From: Cenarchaeum sp.
Lineage (GTDB): Archaea > Thermoproteota > Nitrososphaeria > Nitrososphaerales > Nitrosopumilaceae
Length of the DNA: 64,000 bases
NCBI GenBank assembly: GCA_963692915.1
Contig: OY843584.1
Location: 1,184,001-1,248,000 of the forward strand
Reading direction: 5' to 3'
This document shows, in pieces, positions 48,962 to 59,987 of this stretch; the first letter of the stretch is position 1; each line of letters opens with the position of its first letter. The translations under genes and the position numbers were made by a program. Under the pieces are notes generated by a model. The model was not told the origin of the DNA. It made no database searches and saw only the letters and a program-made list of their open reading frames with translations.

Positions 48962-51811
48962 CTAGTTGCCGACCTCGACTGTGATATAGTGGAGCTCGGT
49001 TATCCCGTCGCGCACCATGATCGTTCCATAGCTTATCGTCTCTGCCTCCTCGTCCTCCCATGAGACGATGCGGTCAGACGGGCCTATGAACGAGTCGATA
49101 AAGCCGAGTATCGTCGAGGCGGCCTCTCCCTCCTCGGCGGCCGTGTAAAAGTACGCACGGGCCTCCTCAAAGGAGAGTGACGCCTGGATCGAGGACGGGC
49201 GCACGATTCCGGCTCCCTGGCCCTCAAAGAGCGCCTCGATGGCTGTCATGCGCGCATCGCGCGAGAGGTCGCGTTCCTCTGCAGCAGCACCTGACGGCGA
49301 GACGCGCGCAAGCTTTGAGAGGTATGCCTCAAAGGCCTCCTCCTGCGTGTCGCCGAGACCGACATAGTACTCGCCGGTGAACTCGGCGCCGACTGCGGCG
49401 ATCGTGCCGAGCTGCGCGACGACGCCGCCGGCGCCGGCCGTGTAGACTGGAATAAAGTACGTGTCATGGTCGCCGACCCTGTAGAGTATGTTGTCGCCGA
49501 TTCGCGGGTTGCGCAGGAGCGTCTTTAGCTGCGCAAAGTCGGGATCGCGATCAAGGGCCTCGCGGACCGCCGTCGGGCCGATGAGCTTTGTGGTCGATTC
49601 AAGCGGAACCTCGTAGAACTGCATCTTGCCTAGGCGCGGCAGGTCGTTCTCGACGACCATGTATCCGGCGAGGTTGCGGCCCTGCGAACCGCGAAGCTCA
49701 AGGGAGAGGAGGCCCACGAACTCGGGCTTCTCAAAGCCCGGAGGCTTTGCCTGGATATAGTACGTGTCAAGTCCCGTGGGCACCTCGTAGAACTGGTTTG
49801 CCTGTATGAACGTCTCGACGTCAGTCACGTGGTACACGTTGTACATGTTTGTCTTCCAGTTAAAGAGCTCGACGGGATAGCGCGTCTGCTCGGTCAGCCA
49901 CTCGGGGATCGGCTCAAAGTCAGCCTCGTACTGGCTCACAAACATGTCGGTGAAAAAGTCATCACCCGTGCGCAGAAGCCTAATGTCGCCGTCGTACGTG
50001 TCGATGAGCGCATAGCCGACGAGACGGAGGTATGGGTTGCCCGCTGACCACGGCACGTCACGCGCGTCAAAGCCGACTATGAGCGGCATGAGCCAGTACG
50101 AGGAATCGCCGTCAGTCACGGGTATCGAGTCTATCTCCTTGCCAAAGAGCGAGTACAAAAAGTACGGATACAGCGTCTCCATGCGCTCGATGATGTCCTT
50201 GTAGCGCATGACATGGACGGACTCGGCCGGAAATGAGAGCAAAAAGTTGGGCTCAAATATCCAGCTCAGCGGCGGCGATACGCTCAGGCCTCCCTCGCCC
50301 GTATAGAACGTCCCGCCGAGCTCGGCGCTCGTGTCCCCGCGAGACACGGGATACGCCGACCACTGCTCCTCAAGGAGGCCACCCTCGCCATAGTATATGG
50401 CGCGCTGCGAGAATATGCTGCTGCTGTCCTCGATGTTGCCGTCCGTGGCGCCAAGCGTGAGGAAGCCGTTTGGCACGTGCGTGTAGACGAGGTGCTCGTT
50501 GTACCAGCGGTTCTCGAGCGTGACTGATGACGGGAGTATTGGCTTCATCGACGCGGTCCAGTAGAGCGTGTTGTTGAAGCGCAGGATATCGTTGTCCTCA
50601 AAGTCGACATATGGTATGAGGCCGATCTCGGGCTTTAGCTTGGCAAAGGCCGCCTCCCAGTCCCACACGCGGATGGCCCCGAGGACGTCCGAGTTGGACT
50701 CGACGTACGAGGCTATATTGTTGGGGGAGACGGCCTCGAGGTCGATGTTGTGCATGTTCTCAGACACGTCGTCGAGCTCGCCGAGGTGGCGGTTCACGCC
50801 GATCTCCTGCGCCGTGTACGGCCCGAGGTACTCGATCTTGCGCGCATCGGCAATGCTGTTGTTGACTGACATTATCGACGCGGCGATGATGACTATGGCG
50901 ACTATGGTCAAAAAGCGCACGTACACGTCACGCTTGAGTATATGCGTCAGGACACGCGCGCGTATGCGGTCGATGGCCGAGAATGCCGCAAAGGATATGC
51001 CGACGGCGAGGATCGCGGCGATCGCATAGCGCGTGTTATAGTCGAGCTCGCTCGTAAAGAACATGTTGAGGCCAGTCCAGAGAATGCCGACGGCGAGGAT
51101 GGCCTCAAAGCTTGAGACATAGCTCAGGTATCGCGGCTTGCCCTCGGCCATGTCGCGCACGTATGACGTCACGACGCGCACGACCGTGTGCAGTCCGACA
51201 TAGAGCGCCAGGCGCAGGCCGACTGCGCCAAGGAGAGCCGGCAGGAGTAGAACGAGTGCGGGTATCATCGGTATGACACGCTCGTTGGCGTACATGCTGT
51301 CAGTTGGCGGCGTGACAAAGGGGAGTGAAAATAGCGCAGGCACACTCTCTATGCCGAGCGTGTTGCCCTCGAGGAACTCGGTGGCCGCAAAGCCAAACAT
51401 GATGTTGACAAAGAACGACCCCAGGATGAGAACCTTGGTGAGCTGCCACATGGCAAACTGGACGCCGCCGAGGCGATAGTCGGCAAAGCTCTCAACGCTC
51501 TGCGTTATCTGCTCGCGCGACCCGCGCGAGGCCATCGAGACTGCCGAGGCGATGATGTACCAGAATATCGACTTGCGCGAGGCGCCGTTCACGCGAACCA
51601 GCGCGATGGCAGCGAGTATGAGGCCAGAGGTGATCGAGTATATGAGCGGCTTTGTGAACTTGTCGCCAAACTCTGTCACGTTCATCGAGAGGTTTACGCC
51701 CTGGTTGCCGATTATGAGAAACCCCGCCACGGCTAGGGCCGCCACGACGATCAGGCGGACATACTTGCCCGCGTTGGGAGGGGGCGCGCTCTGGGCCGAC
51801 TCGCTATACAA
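48962..51811 (-). CDS. UPF0182 family membrane protein
   Basis: N-terminal TM helices; IRVWD, W.NEHLVYTH, IYYGE, RYP.ELF. Confidence 0.9.
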   Translation of the reverse strand: MYSESAQSAPPPNAGKYVRLIVVAALAVAGFLIIGNQGVNLSMNVTEFGDKFTKPLIYSITSGLILAAIALVRVNGASRKSIFWYIIASAVSMASRGSREQITQSVESFADYRLGGVQFAMWQLTKVLILGSFFVNIMFGFAATEFLEGNTLGIESVPALFSLPFVTPPTDSMYANERVIPMIPALVLLLPALLGAVGLRLALYVGLHTVVRVVTSYVRDMAEGKPRYLSYVSSFEAILAVGILWTGLNMFFTSELDYNTRYAIAAILAVGISFAAFSAIDRIRARVLTHILKRDVYVRFLTIVAIVIIAASIMSVNNSIADARKIEYLGPYTAQEIGVNRHLGELDDVSENMHNIDLEAVSPNNIASYVESNSDVLGAIRVWDWEAAFAKLKPEIGLIPYVDFEDNDILRFNNTLYWTASMKPILPSSVTLENRWYNEHLVYTHVPNGFLTLGATDGNIEDSSSIFSQRAIYYGEGGLLEEQWSAYPVSRGDTSAELGGTFYTGEGGLSVSPPLSWIFEPNFLLSFPAESVHVMRYKDIIERMETLYPYFLYSLFGKEIDSIPVTDGDSSYWLMPLIVGFDARDVPWSAGNPYLRLVGYALIDTYDGDIRLLRTGDDFFTDMFVSQYEADFEPIPEWLTEQTRYPVELFNWKTNMYNVYHVTDVETFIQANQFYEVPTGLDTYYIQAKPPGFEKPEFVGLLSLELRGSQGRNLAGYMVVENDLPRLGKMQFYEVPLESTTKLIGPTAVREALDRDPDFAQLKTLLRNPRIGDNILYRVGDHDTYFIPVYTAGAGGVVAQLGTIAAVGAEFTGEYYVGLGDTQEEAFEAYLSKLARVSPSGAAAEERDLSRDARMTAIEALFEGQGAGIVRPSSIQASLSFEEARAYFYTAAEEGEAASTILGFIDSFIGPSDRIVSWEDEEAETISYGTIMVRDGITELHYITVEVGN

Positions 51812-51925
51812 ACTGGCGTCATGCGCACACGGTGCTTAATTAATGCCGTGGCTCGGCACGCCCACACGGGCGTGGAATGGCCGGTGCGCTAGGCTCCCCC
51901 CTGCGGCAGGGGCAGGAGTGGTGCC

Positions 51926-53041
51926 CTATGGTGCCTCAGGCACACTTGCGATGCCCTTGCAGACCATATAGACGGCCGCATAGAGGGGAACCGTGACGCG
52001 CTCGCGCGAGTATGGCCCGAGGCTCCGCTTTTTGCCCAGCGAGAACCTGTGGGGGCACTCGGCGATGACCTCAACAGGCCGGTCGCCAAGAAGGCACGAC
52101 TCGGTGTACGCGCCGGCCGAGGACTCGCCGGCCGGAACCTTTGAGAGGCCGCTCTTGCCGTTAATCGAGCCGGGCAGCCTGAATATGCGGTGAATGTCTC
52201 CGGTCACCTGCGGGTCTATGCGCACGCCAATGCCGCGAGCCACCGAGTCGATGGCACTCTGAAACGCCGAGTGATTAGAGGAGGCCTTTTTCATCTTTTC
52301 GGCTCCGAGGCTCGAGGCGAGGCGTCCGTGCCAGCCGGGATCGTTCCGTGAGGGAAGGTCGGGCACCTTGCCCGCGCGCCGCTGCACGCCATAGGCCTCC
52401 GGTATCGCCCCGCGAAACATGACATAGTCTGCAAGCTCTCGCCGTTCGCGAGAGCCGAGTGGCGCGTATGCGTCATCACGCACATGTATGTGGTATCCCT
52501 CGTTGCCAGAAAAGTACACGCTCACCGAGTCCGCATCCACTCCAAGGTCGTCTGAGAGCACGACGAGCAGCCTGCCGACCTCGACGTGCGCGGCCTTTAT
52601 GCACTTTGGACACGGTAGCGATCGGACCGACACCTTTTGGGAGCTGCATGCGGCGCACTTTTTTTGTTCGGCTGTCGAGACGCGACTGCACTCCGAGCAC
52701 ACTGCAACGCTGTGGCCATCACGGCACGGGAGTGCGAGGTCCTTTGCGTCAATGTCAAAGATGAGATCCGCCTCGCGCCACTCTTTCTCCTTCATTGGCA
52801 TGGACGGAAAGAGATATCGCGCGTTGGAACAATATACATCAGAGGGCGCCTCACTCACAAGGAGCACACGCAGTGCGCGTTCATCCTCGTACGACTGGTG
52901 GCGAACCATCCCGTCATGAGCGACGCGCTGGAAGCCAAACTCGCGCTCGACCATGTGCTCAGGGTTGATCACGCGGTCATGACGCTCAAGATAGTACTCC
53001 TTTATCGCCGCGCGCACGAGGTTGGCATCGGCGTCGTTCAC
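51926..53041 (-). CDS. priS: DNA primase small subunit
   Basis: REFGF, DLIFDID, FSGNEGYH, RIFRLPGS. Confidence 0.95.
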   Translation of the reverse strand: MNDADANLVRAAIKEYYLERHDRVINPEHMVEREFGFQRVAHDGMVRHQSYEDERALRVLLVSEAPSDVYCSNARYLFPSMPMKEKEWREADLIFDIDAKDLALPCRDGHSVAVCSECSRVSTAEQKKCAACSSQKVSVRSLPCPKCIKAAHVEVGRLLVVLSDDLGVDADSVSVYFSGNEGYHIHVRDDAYAPLGSRERRELADYVMFRGAIPEAYGVQRRAGKVPDLPSRNDPGWHGRLASSLGAEKMKKASSNHSAFQSAIDSVARGIGVRIDPQVTGDIHRIFRLPGSINGKSGLSKVPAGESSAGAYTESCLLGDRPVEVIAECPHRFSLGKKRSLGPYSRERVTVPLYAAVYMVCKGIASVPEAP

Positions 53042-54057
53042 TGCTCGCGCCTCCGGCCAAACTGCATCGGGCTTATTATCCCGTCACACTCGCTAGTCGC
53101 AAAGCAGAGGTTCTGCGTGCGCAGCTTGTCACATAGGGGGCACGAGTATTTTGTGCCGCCGTCAGCGCCCGATATGTTGTTGAGCTGGTATAGCGTAGTA
53201 CGCTCGTTATAGTCAGGTGCGCCCTTGAAGAGCGGCGCAATCTTTTCGACGTCCCATCCTCGCCCGAGGAGGAACGTAGCGAGCATAAAACGGCCAGAGT
53301 GTGGCAGGTTCTCGCCGCGCTCGAGAACCTCGAGCGCGTGCTTTATGCAGGGCGGATGCTCGCCTGTGACTTTGACGTACTTTGGCTCAAGCGCCACTGT
53401 GAGCTCCTTTATGCGCGCAACCGGGGCCTCAAAGTTTGGAAGCATCGGCGCTGTCGGACCCTGGCGTATGCGCTCAACTATATGGTCTGCGAGCTCTTGG
53501 CGGACGAGGCGGACCACCTGGTGTGCCGTAAGTCGAACCATTCCGCCGTCGATCTTGCGGTTGACGAGCTTCCACTCGCGCTCGTTAAAGTTCACCGAAC
53601 GTGTGACATAGCTCGGGACAGGAATCGTGTATCCGAACTCATCACGCCTCACCTCGACTGAAAAGAGCTCGGCGAGCATTCTTGCCGGCATGTCCCTGCT
53701 GCGCGACTCGCGCCCGAGACTTCCCTCTAGGAACTTTTCGGCACGGCGCGATTCGGAGAGCGCAAACCTCCGAACAAGCGATCTCGCACCAGAGATCTTT
53801 AGAATTACCACTGCAAGGAGAAAGGAAAAGACCTCCCTGTCTAGAATGCGCGGATCCGTCGTCGTCGAGTCGAGCTCTGAAGAGTAGACGAGGCCATCGG
53901 CAGCAGCCTCTATTCGGCGCATTGCGCGCTCGACATATGGCATATAGTCAGAATCTCTCCCGAGATCGTCTATCGTAAAGCCCTTTGATGCCATGTACTT
54001 GCCAGCATCCTCTAGGAACGGATACATCGCATACTCTTGCGTGCCAATTCCCTCCAT
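53038..54057 (-). CDS. priL: DNA primase large subunit
   Basis: YPFL, PPCI, NLPHSGRF, C-terminal Fe-S cysteines. Confidence 0.95.
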   Translation of the reverse strand: MEGIGTQEYAMYPFLEDAGKYMASKGFTIDDLGRDSDYMPYVERAMRRIEAAADGLVYSSELDSTTTDPRILDREVFSFLLAVVILKISGARSLVRRFALSESRRAEKFLEGSLGRESRSRDMPARMLAELFSVEVRRDEFGYTIPVPSYVTRSVNFNEREWKLVNRKIDGGMVRLTAHQVVRLVRQELADHIVERIRQGPTAPMLPNFEAPVARIKELTVALEPKYVKVTGEHPPCIKHALEVLERGENLPHSGRFMLATFLLGRGWDVEKIAPLFKGAPDYNERTTLYQLNNISGADGGTKYSCPLCDKLRTQNLCFATSECDGIISPMQFGRRREQ

Positions 54058-54151
54058 GGCATCGCGGCGAGGCGCGGTTTTACTTAAAGGTCTAGCGCGA
54101 AAATCCTCTTGAACAGTGTCAACAGGCAAGGGTAGCAGGACAAGGATTGTC

Positions 54152-54433
54152 CTATGCGTGAATCTCCAGCTGTGTCATGTCGAATCCCCTGACGAGGCGC
54201 CATTCCATTCCCTCGTGGATAGTAGGCTCGACGGGCACCTCAACTGGCTCTATCATGCCAATCCTCTTGGCCTCGGCAATCACGTCCCACGCCTCTTTCT
54301 CGGAGAGCGAACCCACAATCCGCGTTATGATCTCTGCCGACGGTGCAGAGCCGCAGTATTGGAGAATATTGGCAATGAGCCTCAGATCATCACGCCATGC
54401 CGGATTCATTGGAAACCCGTACAATAATGACAT
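54152..54433 (-). CDS. Hypothetical protein, possibly winged-helix
   Basis: Helical ORF in a lower-GC spacer; start uncertain. Confidence 0.45.
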   Translation of the reverse strand: MSLLYGFPMNPAWRDDLRLIANILQYCGSAPSAEIITRIVGSLSEKEAWDVIAEAKRIGMIEPVEVPVEPTIHEGMEWRLVRGFDMTQLEIHA

Positions 54434-54767
54434 TATTAAGCGTGTGCGACATGGATAAAAACAGGCACATGAACTAGCACTCCACGACGTTGCTTGAAAA
54501 AATGGATCACAGAATACGCCAGAGCCTATGGGCACTGCTTGTTGGACTCTTGTCCGTCGTGTCGGTTCCCATAATCATTGTTGCAGGACACATTAGCTCA
54601 ATTCTCGCCTAGAGAGACAACTCGCGCACGTGCAGAAACATGCCATGCCGATTACGTCTGCGCAGCATGGCGCACACGCGAGCAGGAGTGCCCATTCTGC
54701 GGCACCCGCAGGCGCGCGCCGTGGTGAGCGCACCTTTAAGTGGGCTCCCCTGTGGGGTGCGCGCACA

Positions 54768-55610
54768 ATGGCTCAGATAGGCTGCCATGTCTCGATAGCC
54801 GGAGGAATCGGCAACGCGCCCGGCTATGCGGCCGAGCGCGCGTGTGCGGCGTTCCAGGTGTTTACGCGCAACCCGCGCGGATGGGCCGCAAAGGACCTCG
54901 ACGCCGAGGCGATAGGCTTGTACAAGGCCAACTTAGAGTCATCTGGTATCGTCGCCGAGGACACGTGCGCGCACATGCCATACCTGCCAAACCTCGCCTC
55001 GACAAAGCCTGACGGGCACGCAAAGTCAGTCGCCGCGCTAGTCGAGGAGGTAAAGCGCTGCGGCAAGCTCGGCATACCATACCTCGTCACGCACCTAGGC
55101 AGCCACCTCGGAGCCGGCGAGGAGGCCGGAATAAAGCAGCTCGTCATCGCGTACAAAAAGGCCGCGACCGTAAAGAACGGCGTGACGATACTCCTCGAGA
55201 ACACGGCAGGCCAAAAGAACTCGGTCGGCTCGGACTTTGCGCAGCTCGGCGACATCCTGGGCCAGCTAACCCCGTCTGACAGGTTTGGTGTCTGCATCGA
55301 CACGTGCCACGCGTTTGCGTACGGATATGACCTACGCACAGAAAAGGGCGTGCGCGACACGTTTGCGCTGCTCGATGAGAGCGTCGGGAAGGGCAGCCTA
55401 AAGATACTCCACCTCAATGACGCAAAGGCGGGCCTGGGCTCAAACCTCGACAGGCACCACCACATCGGCCTCGGCGAGATAGGCAAGGCCGGCATGCGGG
55501 CCACGGTCAGGATCGCCGCAAGGCGCCACGTGCCCATAATACTCGAAACGCCAATAGACTCGGTTCGCGATGACTATGAGAACGTCAGGGTGGCCAAGTC
55601 CCTTGTATAG
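54768..55610 (+). CDS. nfo: Endonuclease IV
   Basis: GCHVS, HMPYLPN, LENTAG, CIDTCH, DRH, ILETP. Confidence 0.95.
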   Translation: MAQIGCHVSIAGGIGNAPGYAAERACAAFQVFTRNPRGWAAKDLDAEAIGLYKANLESSGIVAEDTCAHMPYLPNLASTKPDGHAKSVAALVEEVKRCGKLGIPYLVTHLGSHLGAGEEAGIKQLVIAYKKAATVKNGVTILLENTAGQKNSVGSDFAQLGDILGQLTPSDRFGVCIDTCHAFAYGYDLRTEKGVRDTFALLDESVGKGSLKILHLNDAKAGLGSNLDRHHHIGLGEIGKAGMRATVRIAARRHVPIILETPIDSVRDDYENVRVAKSLV

Positions 55611-55642
55611 GAATTTAGCACAGTGTGTCTGGAGCGCGCGCA

Positions 55643-57124
55643 ATGGACTATGACAGCGTGATGAACCTGGCCCTCGAGCGCGGGTTTTACTTTCCCAGCG
55701 GGGGCGCGTATGCCGATGCGCAGGCCGGCTTTTGGGAGTATGGGCCCAACGGCGTGGGCCTAAAGTCCAGGTTTATCGAGCTCTGGCGGCGCTCGCTTGT
55801 GAGGCGCGCGCAGATGATCGAGATAGACGGCTCGCAGATCATGCCGCCCTCTGTGTTCGAGTCCTCCGGCCACCTTGCGAGCTTTTCAGACCCTGTCATA
55901 CAGTGCACTGCGTGCTCGGCGACGTACCGCGCCGACAAGCTCCTCGAAGGCGATGACGCGCTGCACGAGGGCTCTGAGCCCTCTGAGATCGACGCCGCGG
56001 TGGCCAGTAGAGGAGTGGCATGTCCAGGATGCGGCGGTGCGCTCGGCCCGTCGCGCAGGTTTAACATGATGTTTGGCCTCGGCATAGGCCCCGGTGCCGA
56101 GCCGGCGTACCTGCGGCCCGAGACGTGCCAGTCGATATTTGTCGACTTTCCGCGCATATACAAGACGATGAGGGGTCGCCTCCCGCTCGGCATCGCGCAG
56201 ATAGGCAAGAGCTTTCGAAACGAGATAGCGCCGCGCCAGAGCCTCCTACGACTGCGCGAGTTCTACCAGGCCGAGATCGAGGTGTTCTGCAACCCAAACA
56301 GGCTAGATGACGTTGCAGCCTTTGACGAGGTAGCCGACACGACCATACGCATACATGACGGCGAGGTGACCGAAAAGATGACGTGCGCACAGGCCGTCGA
56401 GTCTGGCGTGATCGCAAACCGCACGATCGCATACTATGTCGGCCTTCTCTCCGAGTTTTACGCAAGGACGGGAATTGACATGGAGCGCACGCGCTTTCGC
56501 CGGCTCTCCGGCACCGAAAAGGCGTTCTATGCGACTACGGCCCTTGACTTTGAGGCCGAGGTCTCAACGGGATGGCTCGAGCTAGTCGCGTGCAACTATC
56601 GGGCCGACTATGACCTAAAGGGCCACGCAAAGGGATCGGGTGAAAAGTTTGAGGTCATGGACGGCGAGGAGAAGGTTCTCCCGCACGTCTTTGAGATATC
56701 GATGGGAATAGACCGTAGCCTCTACACGATACTCGAGCACTCGTTGCGCAAGGACACCGAGAACGACCGGACAGTCCTCTCGCTGAGGCCGCACATGGCG
56801 CCGATCCAGGTCGGCGTACTCTCGCTCGTGAAAAAGGACGGCCTCGCCGAGAGAACCAACGAGGTGTACAGGTCTATTCGTGAGGACTATGCGGCATTCC
56901 TTGACCACTCTGGCGCCATCGGCCGGCGCTACCGCAGGCTTGATGAGGCCGGTGCGCCGCTAGCCGTCACCGTAGACCACCAGACCCTAGAGGACGGGAC
57001 CGTGACGCTACGAAGGCGCGACTCGATGGCCCAGGAGCGCATCACCGTCGCGGAGCTCGGAGCCGTAATCGGCGCCGAGGTCGCGTTTCCGGCCTCGCGC
57101 GGGGCTCCACGCGTAGAAAACTAA
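55643..57124 (+). CDS. glyS: Glycine--tRNA ligase (alpha2 type)
   Basis: LRPETCQ, GKSFRNEI.PR, IGRRY.R.DE.G. Confidence 0.96.
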   Translation: MDYDSVMNLALERGFYFPSGGAYADAQAGFWEYGPNGVGLKSRFIELWRRSLVRRAQMIEIDGSQIMPPSVFESSGHLASFSDPVIQCTACSATYRADKLLEGDDALHEGSEPSEIDAAVASRGVACPGCGGALGPSRRFNMMFGLGIGPGAEPAYLRPETCQSIFVDFPRIYKTMRGRLPLGIAQIGKSFRNEIAPRQSLLRLREFYQAEIEVFCNPNRLDDVAAFDEVADTTIRIHDGEVTEKMTCAQAVESGVIANRTIAYYVGLLSEFYARTGIDMERTRFRRLSGTEKAFYATTALDFEAEVSTGWLELVACNYRADYDLKGHAKGSGEKFEVMDGEEKVLPHVFEISMGIDRSLYTILEHSLRKDTENDRTVLSLRPHMAPIQVGVLSLVKKDGLAERTNEVYRSIREDYAAFLDHSGAIGRRYRRLDEAGAPLAVTVDHQTLEDGTVTLRRRDSMAQERITVAELGAVIGAEVAFPASRGAPRVEN

Positions 57125-57151
57125 TAAGCAAACGCCTGTGAGGCGCCGCCC

Positions 57152-58306
57152 ATGGGAAGCGCGGGGGCGCCGCAGGGCACGCAGGTCTCGATAATCATAC
57201 CCACATACAACGAGGCCCCAAACATCGTGGGCATGCTGCGCTCGATACGCGAGCACGTCTCGAGGGTCGCGCGCGTCGAGGCCATAGTGGTAGATGACGG
57301 CTCGCCAGACGGCACGGCCGGCATAGTCAGGGACTATATCCGCGGCGAGGCAAAGGCCGAGGGGTATAGCGTCGACATTGTGCAGAGGCAGCAGAAAAAG
57401 GCAGGCCTGAGCTCGGCCATACTCCACGGCGTGAGGCGCGCGGCCGGAAGCGTCATCGTCGTAATGGACAGCGACTTTTCGCACCCCCCGCACGTCATAC
57501 CGAGGATGCTAGAGGCGCTGCGCCAGCAATGCGACATTGTTGTGGCCTCGAGGTACATGGGTGATGGCGGCGTCGTGGGCTGGCCGCTGCGCCGGCGCAT
57601 CGTAAGCAGGATCGCCACGATGATTGCCAGAGTCGGCCTCGGCGTCGAGCAGTCAGACCCAATGTCCGGATTCTTTGCGTTTCGGAGCAGCGTAATGCGT
57701 GGCCTTGACCTAGATGCGATCGGCTACAAGCTTCTCCTCGAGGTTCTCGTAAAGGCCAGGGGAGCTCGCATAAAGGAGATACCATACACGTTCACCGACA
57801 GGGCCGCAGGCTCGAGCAAGCTTGGGGCGCGCACAGTCATTGACTATATGCGATCCGTGTGGAGACTCTATCGCGGCGGCGCGAGGCGCGAGAGGCGCGC
57901 GTCAGTCAGGTTTGCCTCAAAGGCCGCACGCTTTTACACCGTCGGCGCACTGGGTCTTGGCATCAACTGGCTAGTCTCGATGCTCTTTGCCGGCGGCGGC
58001 GGGCTCTGGTACATACACGCCAACATTGCCGGAATTGCCGCATCGGTAATGACAAACTTTGTCCTGAACAAGAGGTGGACGTTTGAGGATGACGACTTTG
58101 GCGTGCGCAGGACGCTCTCGCAGGGGGCTCGCTTTGCGGCAATAAGCTCGCTTGGCGCAGCCGTCCAGCTCGGAGCCGTCTATATGCTAGTCGAGCAGTA
58201 CGGCATGCCCCACGGAGGAGCACTCGTCATCGCCGTCGCGGCAGCCTCGCTTGGCAACTTTGTCCTAAACAAGACGCTCACCTTTAGGGAGCGCCTGTGG
58301 TCCTAG
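57152..58306 (+). CDS. GT2 dolichol-phosphate mannosyltransferase-like enzyme with GtrA domain
   Basis: IIPTYNE, VDDGSPDGT, MDSDFSH, NFVLNK.WTF. Confidence 0.9.
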   Translation: MGSAGAPQGTQVSIIIPTYNEAPNIVGMLRSIREHVSRVARVEAIVVDDGSPDGTAGIVRDYIRGEAKAEGYSVDIVQRQQKKAGLSSAILHGVRRAAGSVIVVMDSDFSHPPHVIPRMLEALRQQCDIVVASRYMGDGGVVGWPLRRRIVSRIATMIARVGLGVEQSDPMSGFFAFRSSVMRGLDLDAIGYKLLLEVLVKARGARIKEIPYTFTDRAAGSSKLGARTVIDYMRSVWRLYRGGARRERRASVRFASKAARFYTVGALGLGINWLVSMLFAGGGGLWYIHANIAGIAASVMTNFVLNKRWTFEDDDFGVRRTLSQGARFAAISSLGAAVQLGAVYMLVEQYGMPHGGALVIAVAAASLGNFVLNKTLTFRERLWS

Positions 58307-58620
58307 CGCCGGCGAATGCGACGGTACACGCGAATGGCCAGACGAGCGATGTTGTCGTCATAGCCGAGCCTGTCAAACACGCGGCGCAGCACATAGAGGC
58401 GCACAAATGACGCGGCCGTAAAGACGGCCGTGATCGCCGCGTTGGCCACTAGTGGATCCTCCTGCATCCAGCCCGTCGTGGCCGGCAGAACCGCGATGCC
58501 CACGGCATAGCCGACAGGGTATCCCCCAAACGTGTTGACGAGCGCCTCAGAAAGGCTCTTTGAGCGCGTGTCATGCTTTGTGGCGTCTGGCCCCATGTGC
58601 GCATCGGCGCCGGTGCCCAC
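58303..58620 (-). CDS. Small 2-TM protein
   Basis: SLSEALVNT..GY, FT.ASFVR.YVLRRVF. Confidence 0.65.
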   Translation of the reverse strand: MGTGADAHMGPDATKHDTRSKSLSEALVNTFGGYPVGYAVGIAVLPATTGWMQEDPLVANAAITAVFTAASFVRLYVLRRVFDRLGYDDNIARLAIRVYRRIRRR

Positions 58621-58806
58621 GCTATAAGCCTGCGCACGGCAGGGTCGCGCCTCCCGCTAGCCGGCGGCGCTTGCTGGTCAGGCGATACGTCCAGTCCGGC
58701 CCGTGGTCGACACGACCCGAGTCCGCGTCCAAAAATACGCCGACTCTGCCGTGCTTGACATGTATTCCAAACCAGACTTATATTAGATTACCCATCCGTC
58801 TGCGGC

Positions 58807-59622
58807 ATGGCTCAGACCGCCATGCACGGCAACCTGCTCTCGTACAAGCTATACACGAGGCCAAAGGCGCAGGCTGCCTATGGGCATGGCCACACAAAAA
58901 CCGCGCGGCAGCGCAACGCGCAGCACATACTCGGCGTTTTAGCCGAGAACGGCATGTGCTCGACGTGGGAGATGGCCAAGGTGAGGATGTTAAACGACCT
59001 CGAGGGCACCAGAGAGAAGGAGAAGGACTTTCGGCGCATCATCAGCGGAAGGCGCGATCGCGGGAGACACTCACCTGGCATGTCCGAGTCAGGCCTCATC
59101 ACATCCGAGCTCGTCGGCAACTCGCGAAAGTACCGCCTCACGCCCCACGGCATTCTCTACTGCATCGACTCGCTGCGCATGAGCGACGCGCAGATCGACA
59201 TGATGGCCGCTGCGTACGTCGATGTGCTTCCCAGGGTCTTTGGACGGTGGGAACACCTCAAGGAGACGCTCGGCGATGGCGCGTATAGGATACGCACCCT
59301 TGCGTGTGGCCTCCTTTTGGACAATCCGGCGATTCGGCGCGATGCGACTAGCCCGATATACGAGCTAATGTCATACATACAGCTAAAGTACCACCGGAGC
59401 TTTGAGGTGATGCGCGAGGAGAGTCTCGCCGAACAGGTGGCGTACTGGTACTATACGTGCATCCTGTACGACTCGGCACCGAGCGCAAAACGCGCAAGTA
59501 GGCGCCTGCGCATGCTGCGAGAGGCACTCGGTGACATGCATGCGTGGTACTCGGAGTTTGTAAAAGAGGCCGACGCGCACTATCGCCAGAGGGCACACGC
59601 GATAGGCGCTGCCGGAATATAG
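58807..59622 (+). CDS. Hypothetical protein with winged-helix-like N-terminus
   Basis: IL..LA.NG..STWEMAK, KYRLT.HGILY; TTTATA upstream. Confidence 0.65.
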   Translation: MAQTAMHGNLLSYKLYTRPKAQAAYGHGHTKTARQRNAQHILGVLAENGMCSTWEMAKVRMLNDLEGTREKEKDFRRIISGRRDRGRHSPGMSESGLITSELVGNSRKYRLTPHGILYCIDSLRMSDAQIDMMAAAYVDVLPRVFGRWEHLKETLGDGAYRIRTLACGLLLDNPAIRRDATSPIYELMSYIQLKYHRSFEVMREESLAEQVAYWYYTCILYDSAPSAKRASRRLRMLREALGDMHAWYSEFVKEADAHYRQRAHAIGAAGI

Positions 59623-59624
59623 CA

Positions 59625-59987
59625 TCAGCGCGCGTGCTTTGCTATAGCCGACTCTAGATCCTTGAGGAGGAGCGGCTTGTTGAGGAGCGCACAGAGTCCC
59701 TGCGACTGTGCGCCCTTGTAGCGCTCGCCGTCTAGCGCATAGCTTGACGTGAACACGACACGCGCATCAGAATCTTCTTTGCGTATTCGCTCAAATGCCT
59801 CATAGCCGTCAATGCCGGGCATCTTTATGTCAAGGAACGTGATGTCAGGCACCTCCTCGCGGTGCATCTCGACGGCATTGTTCCCGTCTGTGGCCGTGAG
59901 GACATTATACCCGCAGTCCATGAGCATGAGCTGCGAGGACTCCAAAAAGTCAGTATCGTCGTCTACAAAGAGTATCTTTTTGGACAT
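59625..59987 (-). CDS. CheY-like response regulator receiver
   Basis: ILFVDDD, FLDIKMPGIDG, KP. Confidence 0.9.
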   Translation of the reverse strand: MSKKILFVDDDTDFLESSQLMLMDCGYNVLTATDGNNAVEMHREEVPDITFLDIKMPGIDGYEAFERIRKEDSDARVVFTSSYALDGERYKGAQSQGLCALLNKPLLLKDLESAIAKHAR

